A stretch of 64,000 bases of DNA, taken from contig CM082587.2 of the NCBI GenBank assembly GCA_040954595.2, forward strand, positions 10,607,403 through 10,671,402, in the 5' to 3' direction. Positions 51,821 through 64,000 of this stretch are shown here, in pieces. Source of the DNA: Balanoglossus misakiensis (taxonomy: Eukaryota; Animalia; Hemichordata). The notes under the pieces were generated by a model that had not been told where the DNA came from, did not search any database, and saw only the letters and a program-made list of their open reading frames with translations. Within the stretch, counting starts at the first letter, position 1. Each line of letters begins with the position of its first letter. The position numbers and the translations under genes are program-made.

Positions 51821-53047
51821 ACATTTTTTTACAACGTATTTTAGTTCATTTTTGGTATAATACTACCAGTAATTTTTATTATACACCTACTTTTCATTAT
51901 TATTATTATTGTTATTATTGTTATTAAAGTAATTGAGTTTTGACGAAGATGTTGTGATAAGGAGCACGTTGTCCGTAATTCGTAGACATTCGTATTGCTT
52001 TCCTAAAAAAATCGGGAACTATGTGCAGCTTCGTGAAAGAAGTAAAATTAAAAAGTAATCATACCCGTAAAGCAACTAACGAGGTGTCCCAAAGCAATGC
52101 AATGCTATTCTAAACATTTCTATTCAAAGATTTATTTGGTTTGCTCGAATGAATTGCACAGCCTAAGCTTCGTATTCAGCCAGGTGCTACACGAAGTGAC
52201 GCGCTGAAAGGCATTACGTAACAAAACACTAAACCCCCACAGGAAATAAAATACAAAATTTCTCATGGCAATGTTTTTTTCGAGTATCTAGTTCACAGTA
52301 TCACATAAAATGCCATGAATAGTGAAGGAATTATGAAACAAGGTGAAATCCAATCATTAGATGAGTGCCTTTCTTTATACACTGGGATCGATCGCGAGCT
52401 TCGACCACGCGCAGGCAGCATGCCAGACAGAATACGACAACAGTATTCAGAAAGTACAAAAGACTTTGCATAACGAGGCAGTGAAAACTGGAGACCTACA
52501 CATTAACCAATCAGGGAGCTGAAAATTGAATAAATACATATTAATAAGACCTAACCTACAAGGTCCTCCATAATGAGGCAGTGAACGCTGGAAGACCAGA
52601 CCTACACATTAACCAATCAGGGAGCTGTAAAGTGAATAATACATAGTAATAAGACCTAACCTACAAGGTCTAATGAATAATACATAATAATAAGACCTAA
52701 CACATAAGGTTCCTCCAATCAGCGTGCCGCAAGTGGACCTAAGATTACCAGATGGACCAATCACAGATGTCAGTACATATGTCATGGACCTGACTTATGA
52801 AACAGGACTATTCAGGTGCATTCTCTTCTGTGTATTTTATTTCAGTTATTTACTGTTCAGGTCTTCTAGTAGAGAACGTAAACCCTTGCTTCAACCAATT
52901 ACGGAGCTGCAATCAGACCAACTGTATTATAAATTTATGATCTATGTTATACAGATATAGGACATTTTGTCTTTCACCGTGTTTACACTGGGTAAAATGA
53001 GAAACATTTCAGATACCAGTTTCAGGCAGGGAAAAATTTGAGACACT

Positions 53048-53580
53048 ATGGCGGATCCAGTGATGTGTTTACTGTATATGGTACTCTTGAATTAGCTTTT
53101 TAAACGTCGTCGACGCCGATTTCATGGGCATTTGAATGACCCGATACCCGTTTATGGTAACCTTTCATTGGAGGTTGCGATTGGAAGACTGCAGTCCTTG
53201 CTACAAAATCGTCGTCAGAGGTCGAGTTTGCAATTCCTGTGTATGTGCCTTGGCCATTTCCGCGTCACTCCAATTGTTGCCTCGAGACACTGCTTCGGCC
53301 ATTGTTTTAGTAAAGTGAACCTCGACGCTTAATGCGGCGCTTAATGAGACAAACCGCATCGGCAGAGTGCGTTTAGATCGGCGTTTAGTGCGGTGTTTCT
53401 GTTCACACGTGATTTGAATCGCTGCTTAGTGCGGCGCCCCGACGAAGGTCCCACCCCTCAACACCATCCGAAAAAGACCGGCGCAGGGCCGCTCTCACCT
53501 TTTCACACGTGGCACTTACAAATTAACGCCGCCCTAGGGCCGCCGCTGGGGCTGCGTTGACGGCACCTGTGAAAGGCACT
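53048..53580 (+). mobile_element. 5'-truncated copy of the adjacent Harbinger derivative
   Basis: Near-identical to 53772-54304. Confidence 0.85.
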
Positions 53581-53607
53581 AAAGCTAAAACGTTCCAGGA
53601 AGACTTA

Positions 53608-54304
53608 AGCCGCTTGCACACGTGCCATGGTTAGGGCGCCCTTTTTGGGATTATAAAAGTTGGTAAACATTTCTTATCAGCGACTCAAATAGTTTTGCAT
53701 TCACATGTGTATAAAAGGGACGGGGTCATCGCCCTCTACGCACGTCAACAGCAGCGTGGCTAAAGGTCACAATGGCGGATCCAGTGATGTGTTTACTGTA
53801 TATGGTACTCTTGAATTTGCTTTTTAAACGTCGTCGACGCCGATTTCATGGGCATTTGAATGACCCGATACCCGTTTATGGTAACCTTTCATTGGAGGTT
53901 GCGATTGGAAGACTGCAGTCCATGCTACAAAATCGTCGTCGGAGATCGAGTTTGCAATTCCTGTGTATGTGCCTTGGCCATTTCCGCGTCACTCCAATTG
54001 TTGCCTCGAGACACTGCTTCGGCCATTGTTTTAGTAAAGTGAACCTCAACGCTTAATGCGGCGCTTAATGAGACAAACCGCCTCGGCAGAGTGCGTTTAA
54101 ATCGGCGTTTAGTGCGGTGTTTCTGTTCACACGTGATTTGAATCGCTGCTTAGTGCGGCGCCCCGACGAAGGTCCCACCCCTCAACACCATCCGAAAAAG
54201 ACCGGCGCAGGGCCGCTCTCACCTTTTCACGCGTGGCACTTACAAATTAACGCCGCCCTAGGGCCGCCGCTGGGGCCGCGTTGACGGCACGTGTGAAAGG
54301 CACT
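53608..54304 (+). mobile_element. 697-bp Harbinger deletion derivative
   Basis: TTA|agccgcttgcacacgtgcc ... ggcacgtgtgaaaggcact|TTA; retains a transposase-like start MADPVMCLLYMVLLNLLFKRRRRR. Confidence 0.75.
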
Positions 54305-54455
54305 TTAAACTGTTCACATATTTTATGTCAATATTTGAGTTGAGATGTTTCAGAAACCTTTCAATGGTCCCTATGTGAATGCCTTATTTTTAGTTCCTTT
54401 GTGTTGTATCTACAAACACATAAAAGTTTCAGCTTTTGCGATCAGTCAGAGCATA

Positions 54456-54636
54456 CAGTGAAACCTGTCATTACAGACACCTCTCTAATCAGGACACCTC
54501 TCTATTAAGGACATTTTTTCATGACAAAAGTCACAGTTTGAATAGAATACAACCTGTCTATTAAGGACACCTCCCTATTAAGGACACATTTTCCAGTCCC
54601 AGAGCTAGAGGTTTCCTTAATAGACAGGTTTCACTG
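54456..54636. mobile_element. Tc1/mariner-pogo type MITE
   Basis: TA|cagtgaaacctgtc ... gacaggtttcactg|TA with internal taaggacac repeats. Confidence 0.85.
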
Positions 54637-55649
54637 TATTATCAAGCAGTCTGTTTGTCTATCGGTTGCTATGTGTGTGTGTGTGTGTGTGTGTGTATGT
54701 CATCTCCACAAAAAAATCTGTAGAACTGCATGTACTTCATGAATCACAATATACACACTGTGACTGGCTATGAGGGTAACATGTGGATGACATGATGGTG
54801 TTATAATGCTATTAAGTGCAAATGTAAAACCTGGACTACAGGCAGGATTTTTGAAAGGACGGTAAATGTTGATGCAAAGAATGTTTGAGTCAGCCTATGC
54901 ACTTGAACTCAAACATACAGAAAAATTTACAAATCTAAAAGTAACATTTTCATATGGAATTGTGTACTTTTGAAAATCATTTCAAAATCATGTTATAGAC
55001 TTGTTGAAATGAATGTTGACTACATCTGAATAAAAAGAAACATGAAATTCAAGCGATAACTAGTATACTTCTCTCTAGTTCACTCAAAATTTTGTATGGC
55101 TACTTGTACATAATCATGACATGATCAATAGGTCTGTTTCATGATCCCTACGTGACTTCTTGACTTGTATTCATTGGTATGAATCCACTATTTTGATTTA
55201 AAACTCCGTAAGTGCCAATCATATTCACTGAATTGAATTCCCATTTTGTTCTATTTTTGGAAAACAACTTTTTTCCATGTATAGCTCGCGCTATTTTTAC
55301 CGGGCTCATAACTTCTACCCAACATTATTTGGGCGATACTATTTTGTGGTAGGTGTCACTGCACGCCAGTCTGGTAAACATGCAGTTACTGGCCTTCTGA
55401 TTTACATGTATATATTACTAGGTTCTCACATAGACTATGGTTCTCACTTGTTGCAACAGAGATATAGAAATCGAATGGTTTAGGCTGGTAAACACCGATG
55501 GATTAACTCTTAAATCCATTGTGCGTCCAAATACAGTCGAGTCGGTTTGGTCATTGTTCATGCAACAGTAAACGCCAAATGTGACAGAAGCGTCATAGAA
55601 TACACAAACAAACAAACACACAAATAAACAAACAAGCAAACAAACATTA

Positions 55650-55907
55650 GGAACTGTTCAGAATTTACTTCCAGGGTGGGGCCGGAGGATTTTTTATTTT
55701 GCTGGTGATTTTTTTTCACGGTCCCCCCCCCCCCTACTGAATTGTGGAGGAATTCTGTGGTCCCCCCTTAAATTTCCTCGTTTTTTTCCATGGTCCCCCT
55801 TAAAGGATTGTGATTTTTATGTCTGTTCCCCCCTAATTTTTCTTGGAGAAAATGGGTGGTCCCCCCTCAAAATCCTCCGCCCCCGGAAGTAAATTCTGAA
55901 CAGTCCC
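55650..55907. mobile_element. Harbinger-type MITE
   Basis: ggaactgttcagaatttacttcc ... ggaagtaaattctgaacagtccc. Confidence 0.7.
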
Positions 55908-58310
55908 TTTAATATTAAAGCCAACAGCTAGAACCCTGGCTTCTCTGCCAGAGGAGTGACAACATCAACATAATGCAGATACACAAGAAATAAGCAGTAT
56001 ATTCCACAAGTGAAGAACCCCAGTTACAGACGTAACGAACAAACAAACTACCAACAACAAAACAAGAAATTAAAAGTGTTAAGCGTCGTCAAAGAAAACG
56101 AAAAAGTTCTAGCATGGTGGGTAATAGACTCTCTCACAGCCCACGTTCGCTACAAGGCTCTTCACTGATGCGCCCTCAACTGTTTAGAAAAGGAGAAGCC
56201 CCATATGGGGTTGTGTAGCGAACCTGCATGCAATCAGTCCATAAGCCTGCATGGACGGCAAGAGGGGCTGCGAGAGAGTCTAGGTGGGTAAAAGTTATTG
56301 GTACAAAACGATAAAACGACAAAACGTCTCAGACCCGCAAACACCACCAGAACACAAAACACATGCACAGAACAGTTTAAGCCGGTTGTTGTACGGAGCA
56401 GCAACAATCTGCGGTTGGGCCATCGTAGATTTTCGCTGGTGGTGAAAATAAATAAAACACGACCGAGGTTCGATTTATTCCGGATCACATGCGTTTACGG
56501 CCAGGAGAGCGCGTCAAAGTCTTCAAATGACCATGTGGTGGCGCACTTTTTTCGATTGGCTGTATTTCAATTTGTCCGTGGTAAATTTAATGTGTGCAGG
56601 TGACCGGCCACTGAAAACCTTAGTTAAGATGAGGTGGGATGGAAAAATGTCCCATTGACTCATTTGAGCTATTTTAAAATATACGACTATTTATAAACAA
56701 AAAGAAAAAGACAAGCGCAAAAACATACCAAACCTAGTAAAGCGGGTTCAACATAACATTAACTCATCGACTTCATATCGTCTTCATACCATGGTTTTTG
56801 CCTGCCCCGAATGCTCGTACTCGTGAAAGTTCTTGTCGTTGCAGAAGTGGTTTTGAAAGAAAGAATTTAGTCGTCCGGGATGTTCGTGATTTTTTGAACA
56901 CCAGACAATACAATGCAACCTAGTCTCCCAAAATACTTACCAGTATTGCATAATCTTACCATGGTCAGGCCTACAGTGAGCAAATTTTCAACAATATATT
57001 CTGAGTTACCGCTGATATTTGTTTTGTAGTATTGATATTAAATTATACACCCCGATACAAAACAGAATGTTATAGAATCCTTCCTGAGTGATATTGAAAA
57101 AATTACCGGAATGCTATAGCCTAATCTGTGGTTAGGGTTATTGCTATTATTTTATATCAGTAATCGATTTTGTGGTATATCAATGTCATTTTCATAACGA
57201 AAATGAACTCGAGTCTAATGTAAACGTTACGAATTTATCGAAAGGCGCTCTGATGAATGTTAACACGAGTGCGCAGTGACAAGACATGCATCGTGCATGA
57301 CAGTGACAACAGTTCCTATAGAGCAGTTAAAAAATAAACCGGCCGTCCGTAAATTTATCAGCTATATTTTTTTATTTATTTAGTCACGTTTTCCCTGTTG
57401 CATGCTATTAGTTCAGGGGCCAGTTTTAGCAGTGCTCTATTGAGTACTTTCGTATCGATGGATTGAGCTCTCGTCCAATCAGAATGGCGGATGGTAGCAT
57501 GATCCGACATATTGCGTATTACAATAGGGCTTCCTCATACAGGTCAGAACGGAGAGGTCATTCCTTTTATTTTAGGACGTCTCAGCTCCTTTGTCTTTTC
57601 TATTATATTTGACAAATGCGGATTGACGTTCCATTTCCACATGGCCATAACTGATATTTATTTGTATTTCATAGCATAAGCGCTTGCTATTTGTTTTTTC
57701 GCAATTTTTTTGTAGTACAAAAACACTGAAGAAAACGAAATATTTTATTCATTCGCACTTCCAAAGAACGCCGTGACAGAATTCATCAATTTGCATTTCA
57801 GTTTGTGTGTCTTGTGTGTCTGCATTGACGTGAGGCGCATTCTCCACCTGCACACATACGTTGCACTGCATACTTTGACTAATTAGTGTGATGTCATATT
57901 GAAGCAGGATTCTGATTGAGTAGTAACTAATTTGCATAATTGACGCACAGGTGGTGCCTCGTTTTCGTACCGCTGACCGTTGCATTTGAAAAATCATTGC
58001 AGCTTTGACGTTCATCAAGCATGGAGGTCCCGGTCGCCTCCATGCTTGATGATGTCGTTTCTCTGGTAAGCATGGCATTTAATGTTATTTTACAAGCACA
58101 TGTACACTCCTTCTAGCAAAAACTGGTCGTGGTAGGGCGAGAGTGTCCTCCCAACATCTAAATTCTGACTTTGGGAAGCGTTACAGCGTCGAACAGTAAA
58201 CTCACTGTCGCATGGAATTTATGCGTTGTTTGACACCGTGCGAGTAAATTGTACGTGGTTCGTGGCCTCGAGTCAGCTTTGTTGTTGTGGGGCAGGTGGT
58301 ACCGTTGCAC

Positions 58311-58882
58311 CACAGGGGGCTCTCCCTCCGCGATTTTATTGTTTGTTTGTTTGTTGTTGTTGTTGTTGTTAGGTTAGGTTAGGTAGGTATTGAGCGCAGG
58401 CTCTTCACAGTGCCTCTAAGCTCAACTAAATATTCATCTTGGATTGTTATGCCAGTCCGGGTCTATGAATGTAACCAACGGAGTAGTCATATTTCATTGG
58501 TTGACTACTGTTGATTGGCATAATAAACAAATAAATATTTCTTTATTAATAAATATGGTTTGTTGACATGTAGGGGTTAGGTTATTAGGGTATATTCGAC
58601 AGGTTATGGTATATTCAACGGTTAGGATTAGTGTTGGCATTTTTTCGATCCACGGTCGGTATCACCCTCTCTTTGTGGCTTAGTGATGCCCGGGGCCGTG
58701 GATCGAAAAAAATGCCAACACTAATCCTAACCGTTGAATATACCTTAACCTGTCGAATATACCCTAACACTTACATGTCAACAAACCATATTTATTAATA
58801 AAGAAATATGTATTTGTTTATTATGCCAATCAACAACAACAAACAAACAAACAATAAAATCGCGGAGGGAGAGCCCCCTGTG
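58311..58882. mobile_element. Foldback element, unclassified
   Basis: cacagggggctctccctccgcgattttattgtttg / reverse complement at the right end, plus inner arms ~58509-58656 and ~58696-58835. Flanks gttgcac/gtaacac could be a decayed 7-bp TSD. Confidence 0.7.
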
Positions 58883-60227
58883 GTAACACACTACAGTATA
58901 GGCCCTAACTTTTAAGGCAAAGCGATAGCGAATAAACTGACCAGAATTAGTTTTGTTGTTGGGGAGATTTTTGGCACCATTGAGACTGTTATAAGCTACC
59001 AGTGTGAGCTATGACATAGCCATTAACACGCAGCCCTGCCACGCAGAGCTTCTATGACTGGTTATTAACTTCTATGTCTATTTGATTCACAGATGCTGCC
59101 TGAAATTGTCTGCATTTCAACTCGGGATTCTCTTCCTCGTCCGGGGCGAGTTTAAGACCGCTCAATGGTAAGCATGACTTGCTGTATATTTGCTTTTATC
59201 GGGCGTTGCAACCGAGACAATAGGAAGCAATGTATGTCTACGAACTAATTTACACATTCCAGTTATCAATACTTTTTTTCCCCTTCGAATTCTGGCCTCG
59301 ATTGCCTGTGCTAGAAATTACTCCCATACCAATACACGAGGAGAGACTGTAATTTTGGCTGAAAGTGTGCTAGTCCAACACTATGCTTAATCAAACTGGC
59401 TAAGAGATCTGTTATTATATTAGACACATGAAGGAGAGTAATGTTGTTTAGAGTGACATAAAACAATACTTTAGGCCAGAAAGAAAAATGTAAATCATGA
59501 CACAAACAGGCTGGATATTTTTTCTGACCCTACATTACACCATGTTTTGCATATTTTCACTAATTAGTATGGCCCACATAATTCTAAAGCAAGGTTGATT
59601 GGTTATTAATTAATATGCATATATTTGATTCACAGTCTTAAACACAGCATTTCAACGTATGCCGGAGGAGGAAGAGAATACCTAGGCCTGATCCAAGACC
59701 GCTTTCCGGTAAGCACAACTTGCTGTATACATGCTCCATAGCTTGTTTGTAAATGCTACCCTTTCCCATCAAATAGTGAAGTCACCCTTTTAAAATTATG
59801 GTGGTGGCAAGCCACAACTGGTTATCATGGTGAGTTGGACACCACTAATAATCATTTGAATATTTTCCACTTGGTAACCTTTATGTACCACTATCCTCAA
59901 CAATTTATGTCAACAAGATTCATATTGCGCTGTATAGCAAGGCCAAACAATGACTGATTGATAGGGATTTATCTGAAAATGTGACAAAATCAACAAATAA
60001 AGAATAATCAGTCACCAATCATGCATTATGTGTTATTCGAGGGAACCTGAGCGGGTCCCATAAACCTGCCAACCCATGCTAGCCATGACTTTACAAATGT
60101 TTCCGTCATACTATGCAGAAAATTCTGGCTGCCTTAAATAGGTTTCCACTTTGTGGTAGGGGGTCAAATCTCATTGCATTCTGGGCGGAAAGTCCACAAC
60201 CAACTGTAGTAAGAGATTGAAGAAATG

Positions 60228-60900
60228 ATATAATAATACTTTATTTCAGACTTTAAAAAAAAAGTCCATATACCCAAAAGAGAGAAGAAAAAAAGAAAAC
60301 AAAAACACTAATGAAAATACTCTGGAAAATCTGAAACCGAGACACGCACACACAAAAAAAAAAACTCTGCAAAATTACATGATATACAATTGCTTTCGCC
60401 AATGTTTGAAAAATATGCTGTCAGTCGCTCTATCTGATGAACAGATCGCATCAAGTAAAACATTAGAAGAATTTTCGAGTCTACGCTTAAAACTGTACAT
60501 ATTGCGTCTAAAAACTTCACCAAGTGACAATACATGGTTTGTAGCAAACATACCCGATGCACTGCAAAATGGCGGAAGACCGAGAAGTCTTCTCCAAACA
60601 TTATTGTACATAGTTTTAAATTTTTTCATCGGTTTAACTTTAAAGGATGCCCACAAACTGCAGCAGTAAATATTACTACAATATGCCAAAATAAAACTTT
60701 CTTCACATCTTGACTACAATGTTGAAAATGCTTCAATAGCATGTTTGCTCTAACGCAAAATGCTCTTCTCTGTCGTTCAATATCTTCATTATCACAACCA
60801 TCACAAGATATTACATGGCCCAGATAGGTGTGTACAGGTACAAACTTCAAAGTGATGTCATTAAGTTTAACCGAAGGAATTCTTTGAACTCTCATATTTT
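60228..60900 (-). mobile_element. 5'-truncated non-LTR retrotransposon (CR1/L2 group) ORF2 3' end
   Basis: TYLGHVIS..DIERQRR..RANMLL..CS.DVK..LF | AYC..Y...LW..RRLLGLP..CSAS.MF with one frameshift at ~60690; minus-strand AATAAA and (ATT)n tail at ~60228-60246. Confidence 0.8.
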
Positions 60901-61030
60901 GTATTTCATATGTTTACTGTATTTCATGACTTCCTTTGGTCAAACATTTCTGTCTCTGTAGTTATTTTTTCTGTTAAAAAGTTCAAGAATGACCCATCAT
61001 CATTTTAGCTTATGAACTCCCATTTCTTTA

Positions 61031-61809
61031 GGCTGCATTCACAAACACCTCTGGAGGGGGGGGGGCAGGAGAATTGAGGGGGGGATTTGAAAAAATTGAG
61101 GGTATGTAAGGGGGGGATTTGAAATAATTTAGGGACTGAAAGGGGGGGACTTGAAAACTTTGACGACTAAATATTTATTTTGAGTCCACAAAAATGCAGT
61201 TTCGCGCCCTTTATTTTACAAAATTTTCTAATGTGGGAGGGGACACCCCCTCCCAAACCCACCCCCTCCATTCATCAGCACCTTTCTATCATTGACTGGT
61301 TTGTCTAGTGTTCCAGGTCAGGGGATTTGCCCCCACCCCATGATAACTTTGAGCGGCGACGGTTAAATTTGTCCTCCCCAACATACCGGTAGTTGAGTTA
61401 ATTTGCTTTTGCCGGGTTCATTAAAATGCAGCTTTGAGCTCTGTATTTTATAAAATTTTCTTACGTAGGAGGGGGACACCCCCTCCCACCCCCTTCAATT
61501 CTCGGTTTACAATGTCTCCCAACACAGAATACAAATACTTAAAAATAAAAACAATGTTCAGTGAGGGGGTACATCAGTTTCAAATTCTTTTCATGGGAGC
61601 GCTGTTTTTCTTTTTTTACAAGATAGATAGGTGATGTGTTTTGCTCTGTGAAAGAAAATGGGTGGGGGGGGGGGGATTTGAAAATTTTAGCAGTTCGGAA
61701 GGGGGGATTTGAAAATATTTCAGGTTGTTGAGGGGGGCATGTGAAAATTAACGGTAAAAAAAATTGAATTCTCCCGTCCCCCCCTCCAGAGGTGTTTGTG
61801 AATGCAGCC
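61031..61809. mobile_element. Harbinger-type MITE
   Basis: TTA|ggctgcattcacaaacacctctggagggggg ... ccccccTccagaggtgtttgtgaatgcagcc|TTA. Confidence 0.85.
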
Positions 61810-62489
61810 TTAACATGGCAAAAATCAGCCATCTTGAAATTGTCGACCGTATGAGTTTTTCATCACTCATTTAGGGTAGCTTAAAACGTATTTAAAGTAG
61901 GGAGAATTGTATAGGCATGACTTGGGCTATAAATTTGATTTAATTGCTACATGCCTATTGTTCACAAGCAGCTGACTGTACTGAAGGACTGGAAGTTATG
62001 TGTACTTATTTTACATATTCAATATTTGTAATTAGACCATGTGATGTATATCTTGGGGATTGCTCGATCGCAATGTCTCTGCTGGTACAATGTCCTTTTA
62101 TCATGTAATATGGTAGTAATTGTAAGTGTGTGCGGCATTTGTAAATTATTTACAATTTATAAATTATTTGTAAGTTTCTTCATTCTCAAATTGCTTGCCC
62201 AATTGCATTAAACTTTAAATTTTGGTATGATTTTGAGTAGGCTTTCTGTTTCAAAATTATTTTCTACACTTTTGAAATTTTTTGGTAAAATGATGTAATT
62301 CGGTTGACAGGATTTGCACCATACCTCTAAATCATGAAGTACATGTATCAGAATTGCATCGGCACCCCCAAACAAAATTCTAGTCACCCTTGCCATGTAA
62401 TATTAGCCATTGATGTCGGAAAGTTACAAAAATGTGTTGTCCAAGCACGTTGAAGGTACAAGTGGTTTTTACACAGGGCAGTAGGTGGG

Positions 62490-63350
62490 AGTTTGTCTAA
62501 ATGAAGTTGTCATTGCCAAAATATGCAAATGAGCTGGGAAAGTGTCAAATTTGTCAAAACTCAGGAACTCAAAAACTACTGGGTAAATTGCTTTCAAATT
62601 CAAAATTGATATGCATGTAACTTATGGTAACCCCACACAGCCCTATATGTTGTCAGCTTATGTGAATTTCCAATTTTTATGCATTTTTTGTCTGCACATT
62701 ATCGGTAAAAAAATACTTTTCTGGAAGTGATCAGCTGACTTGTTTGAAATTTAGTATGAAGCTTCACAGGTGATCTGAGTTACCATAGTTTTGATTAAAG
62801 TGTTGCAAAATTTGTGTATTTTAATTTTGGAGCAATTTTTAGGTCCTATGGCATTTGGTTTGTGTGTATATATATATACGATTGGGACCTTAAGGAATGA
62901 CATGCATCTGTATGTATGAATGAACGGATGAAAACTGCTGCACGTATCACTTCCATATTTAGTGTGTAGATGCAGTCGGAGCTGTAGGTGGGATTTTGTT
63001 CAAATGAAGTTGTCATTGCCAAAAGTATTACCTGTGAAAATGTGAAATTGGTCAAAAGTCAGAAACTCAACAACCACTGGTCAGATTGATCTGAAAACCG
63101 GTATGTCAATGAACCCCACACAGTCCTGTATGTTTTGAGCTAATATTATGAATTTTCTAATGTTTATTAATTTTTTTGTCTTTTTCCACATTATTGGTAA
63201 AAAAAAATCTTCACTTCTGAAAGCGATAGTCCGACTCCTTCAAAATTTAGTATGAAGCTTCCTATAGGTGGTCCGAGTTTCCATAGTTTTTGTTCAATTT
63301 GTTGTAAAATAGGCATATTTATAATTTTGAGCATTTTTGCCAATTTTGGT
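62490..63350. repeat. Two diverged ~500-bp direct repeats, unclassified
   Basis: aaatgaagttgtcattgccaaaa and aaatttagtatgaagcttc recur at ~62499/63002 and ~62747/63244. Confidence 0.6.
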
Positions 63351-64000
63351 CAGAATGCTTTGCAATTTGGTAGGCAGATTCCCAGGGGTAACCCAAGTAA
63401 GATGTCGTAAAAATTGTTAAAACTGCGTGCTTGTGTTATTGAGCATATTTTTGGCAATCTCTGCCAAAAACTGTTTTCTCTTAAACCGTTCAAGCCGTTG
63501 TCAGATTGCTTTGAACTTTTTTGATGGCTTTGAAATATGGTAGGAATATTCCTAGGGGTAACCAATTTTGTTATGATTGCTTTGGAAGTTAGTTAACAAT
63601 TTCATAACACATGTATATGTACGTGCAACTTTGATTAAATTCTGGTTGTCAAAATAGTTTGTTGTAAATTTCTTTGTTTTTGGATTGCAAATCTTCTTAA
63701 CCAAATGTTCAGTTTCTTTGAAAGTTGCTGTTAACAAGGAGAGTTGGTACACCCAACTTAGACATGTTTAAATAACTTTAATATGCCAGCTGTTACAGAG
63801 ACCACCAGCTATTCTATTTTGAATTAACAGTGGTGGGTCAGTGAGCAGGGCTGACTGAAATAAGTTGCTTGTCATATGTGTTTGTACAGACAATGTTTGG
63901 TCAAAAATACATTTTTCTATCTCTGTTTTGGATAGAAAATCTTCTTAACCAATTGTTCAGTTTCTTTGAAAGTTACTGTTAACAAGGAGAGTTGGTACAC

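Larger units (their letters stand above)
47137..52809. mobile_element. 5.7-kb two-gene Harbinger-related transposon with ATT TSD (Pangu-like)
   Basis: ATT|agtcctgtttca ... tgaaacaggact|ATT; ~300-bp imperfect subterminal inverted arrays; divergent transposase and accessory genes. Confidence 0.8.

Noticed and set aside
55447-55519. Candidate first coding exon of the uninflatable-like gene (MDLRVNPSVFTSLNHSISISLLQQ|gtgaga, phase 0)
   Set aside because: The phase fits but it is not a convincing signal peptide, and other candidates such as ~46233-46268 fit equally poorly.

Overview
AT-rich, intron-containing animal genomic DNA, probably a marine invertebrate (the taxon is inferred, not shown). 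The left two-thirds holds a minus-strand multi-exon gene with uninflatable-like architecture: C-type lectin, LDLa, 3xCUB, 4 sushi, EGF, 4 sushi, then a Thr-rich segment running off the left edge. It carries at least five frame-breaking lesions. Its ~24 kb intron (16064-40071) contains a complete 18.1 kb ISL2EU-type DNA transposon (17051-35131, AT TSD). That element encodes a five-exon THAP-HTH-DDE transposase and a convergent five-exon SAP-like/SWIM/YqaJ (lambda-exonuclease-like) gene. Intron 1 of the transposase is swollen by a deeply nested stack of unrelated elements. The right third holds a hAT transposase relic, a two-gene Harbinger-related element with ATT TSD (Pangu-like), Harbinger MITEs and a LINE 3' end. 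A minimal hammerhead ribozyme motif lies at ~1500. All exon structures, TIRs and TSDs were read by eye. Family names come from recalled motif knowledge; no database searches were run.
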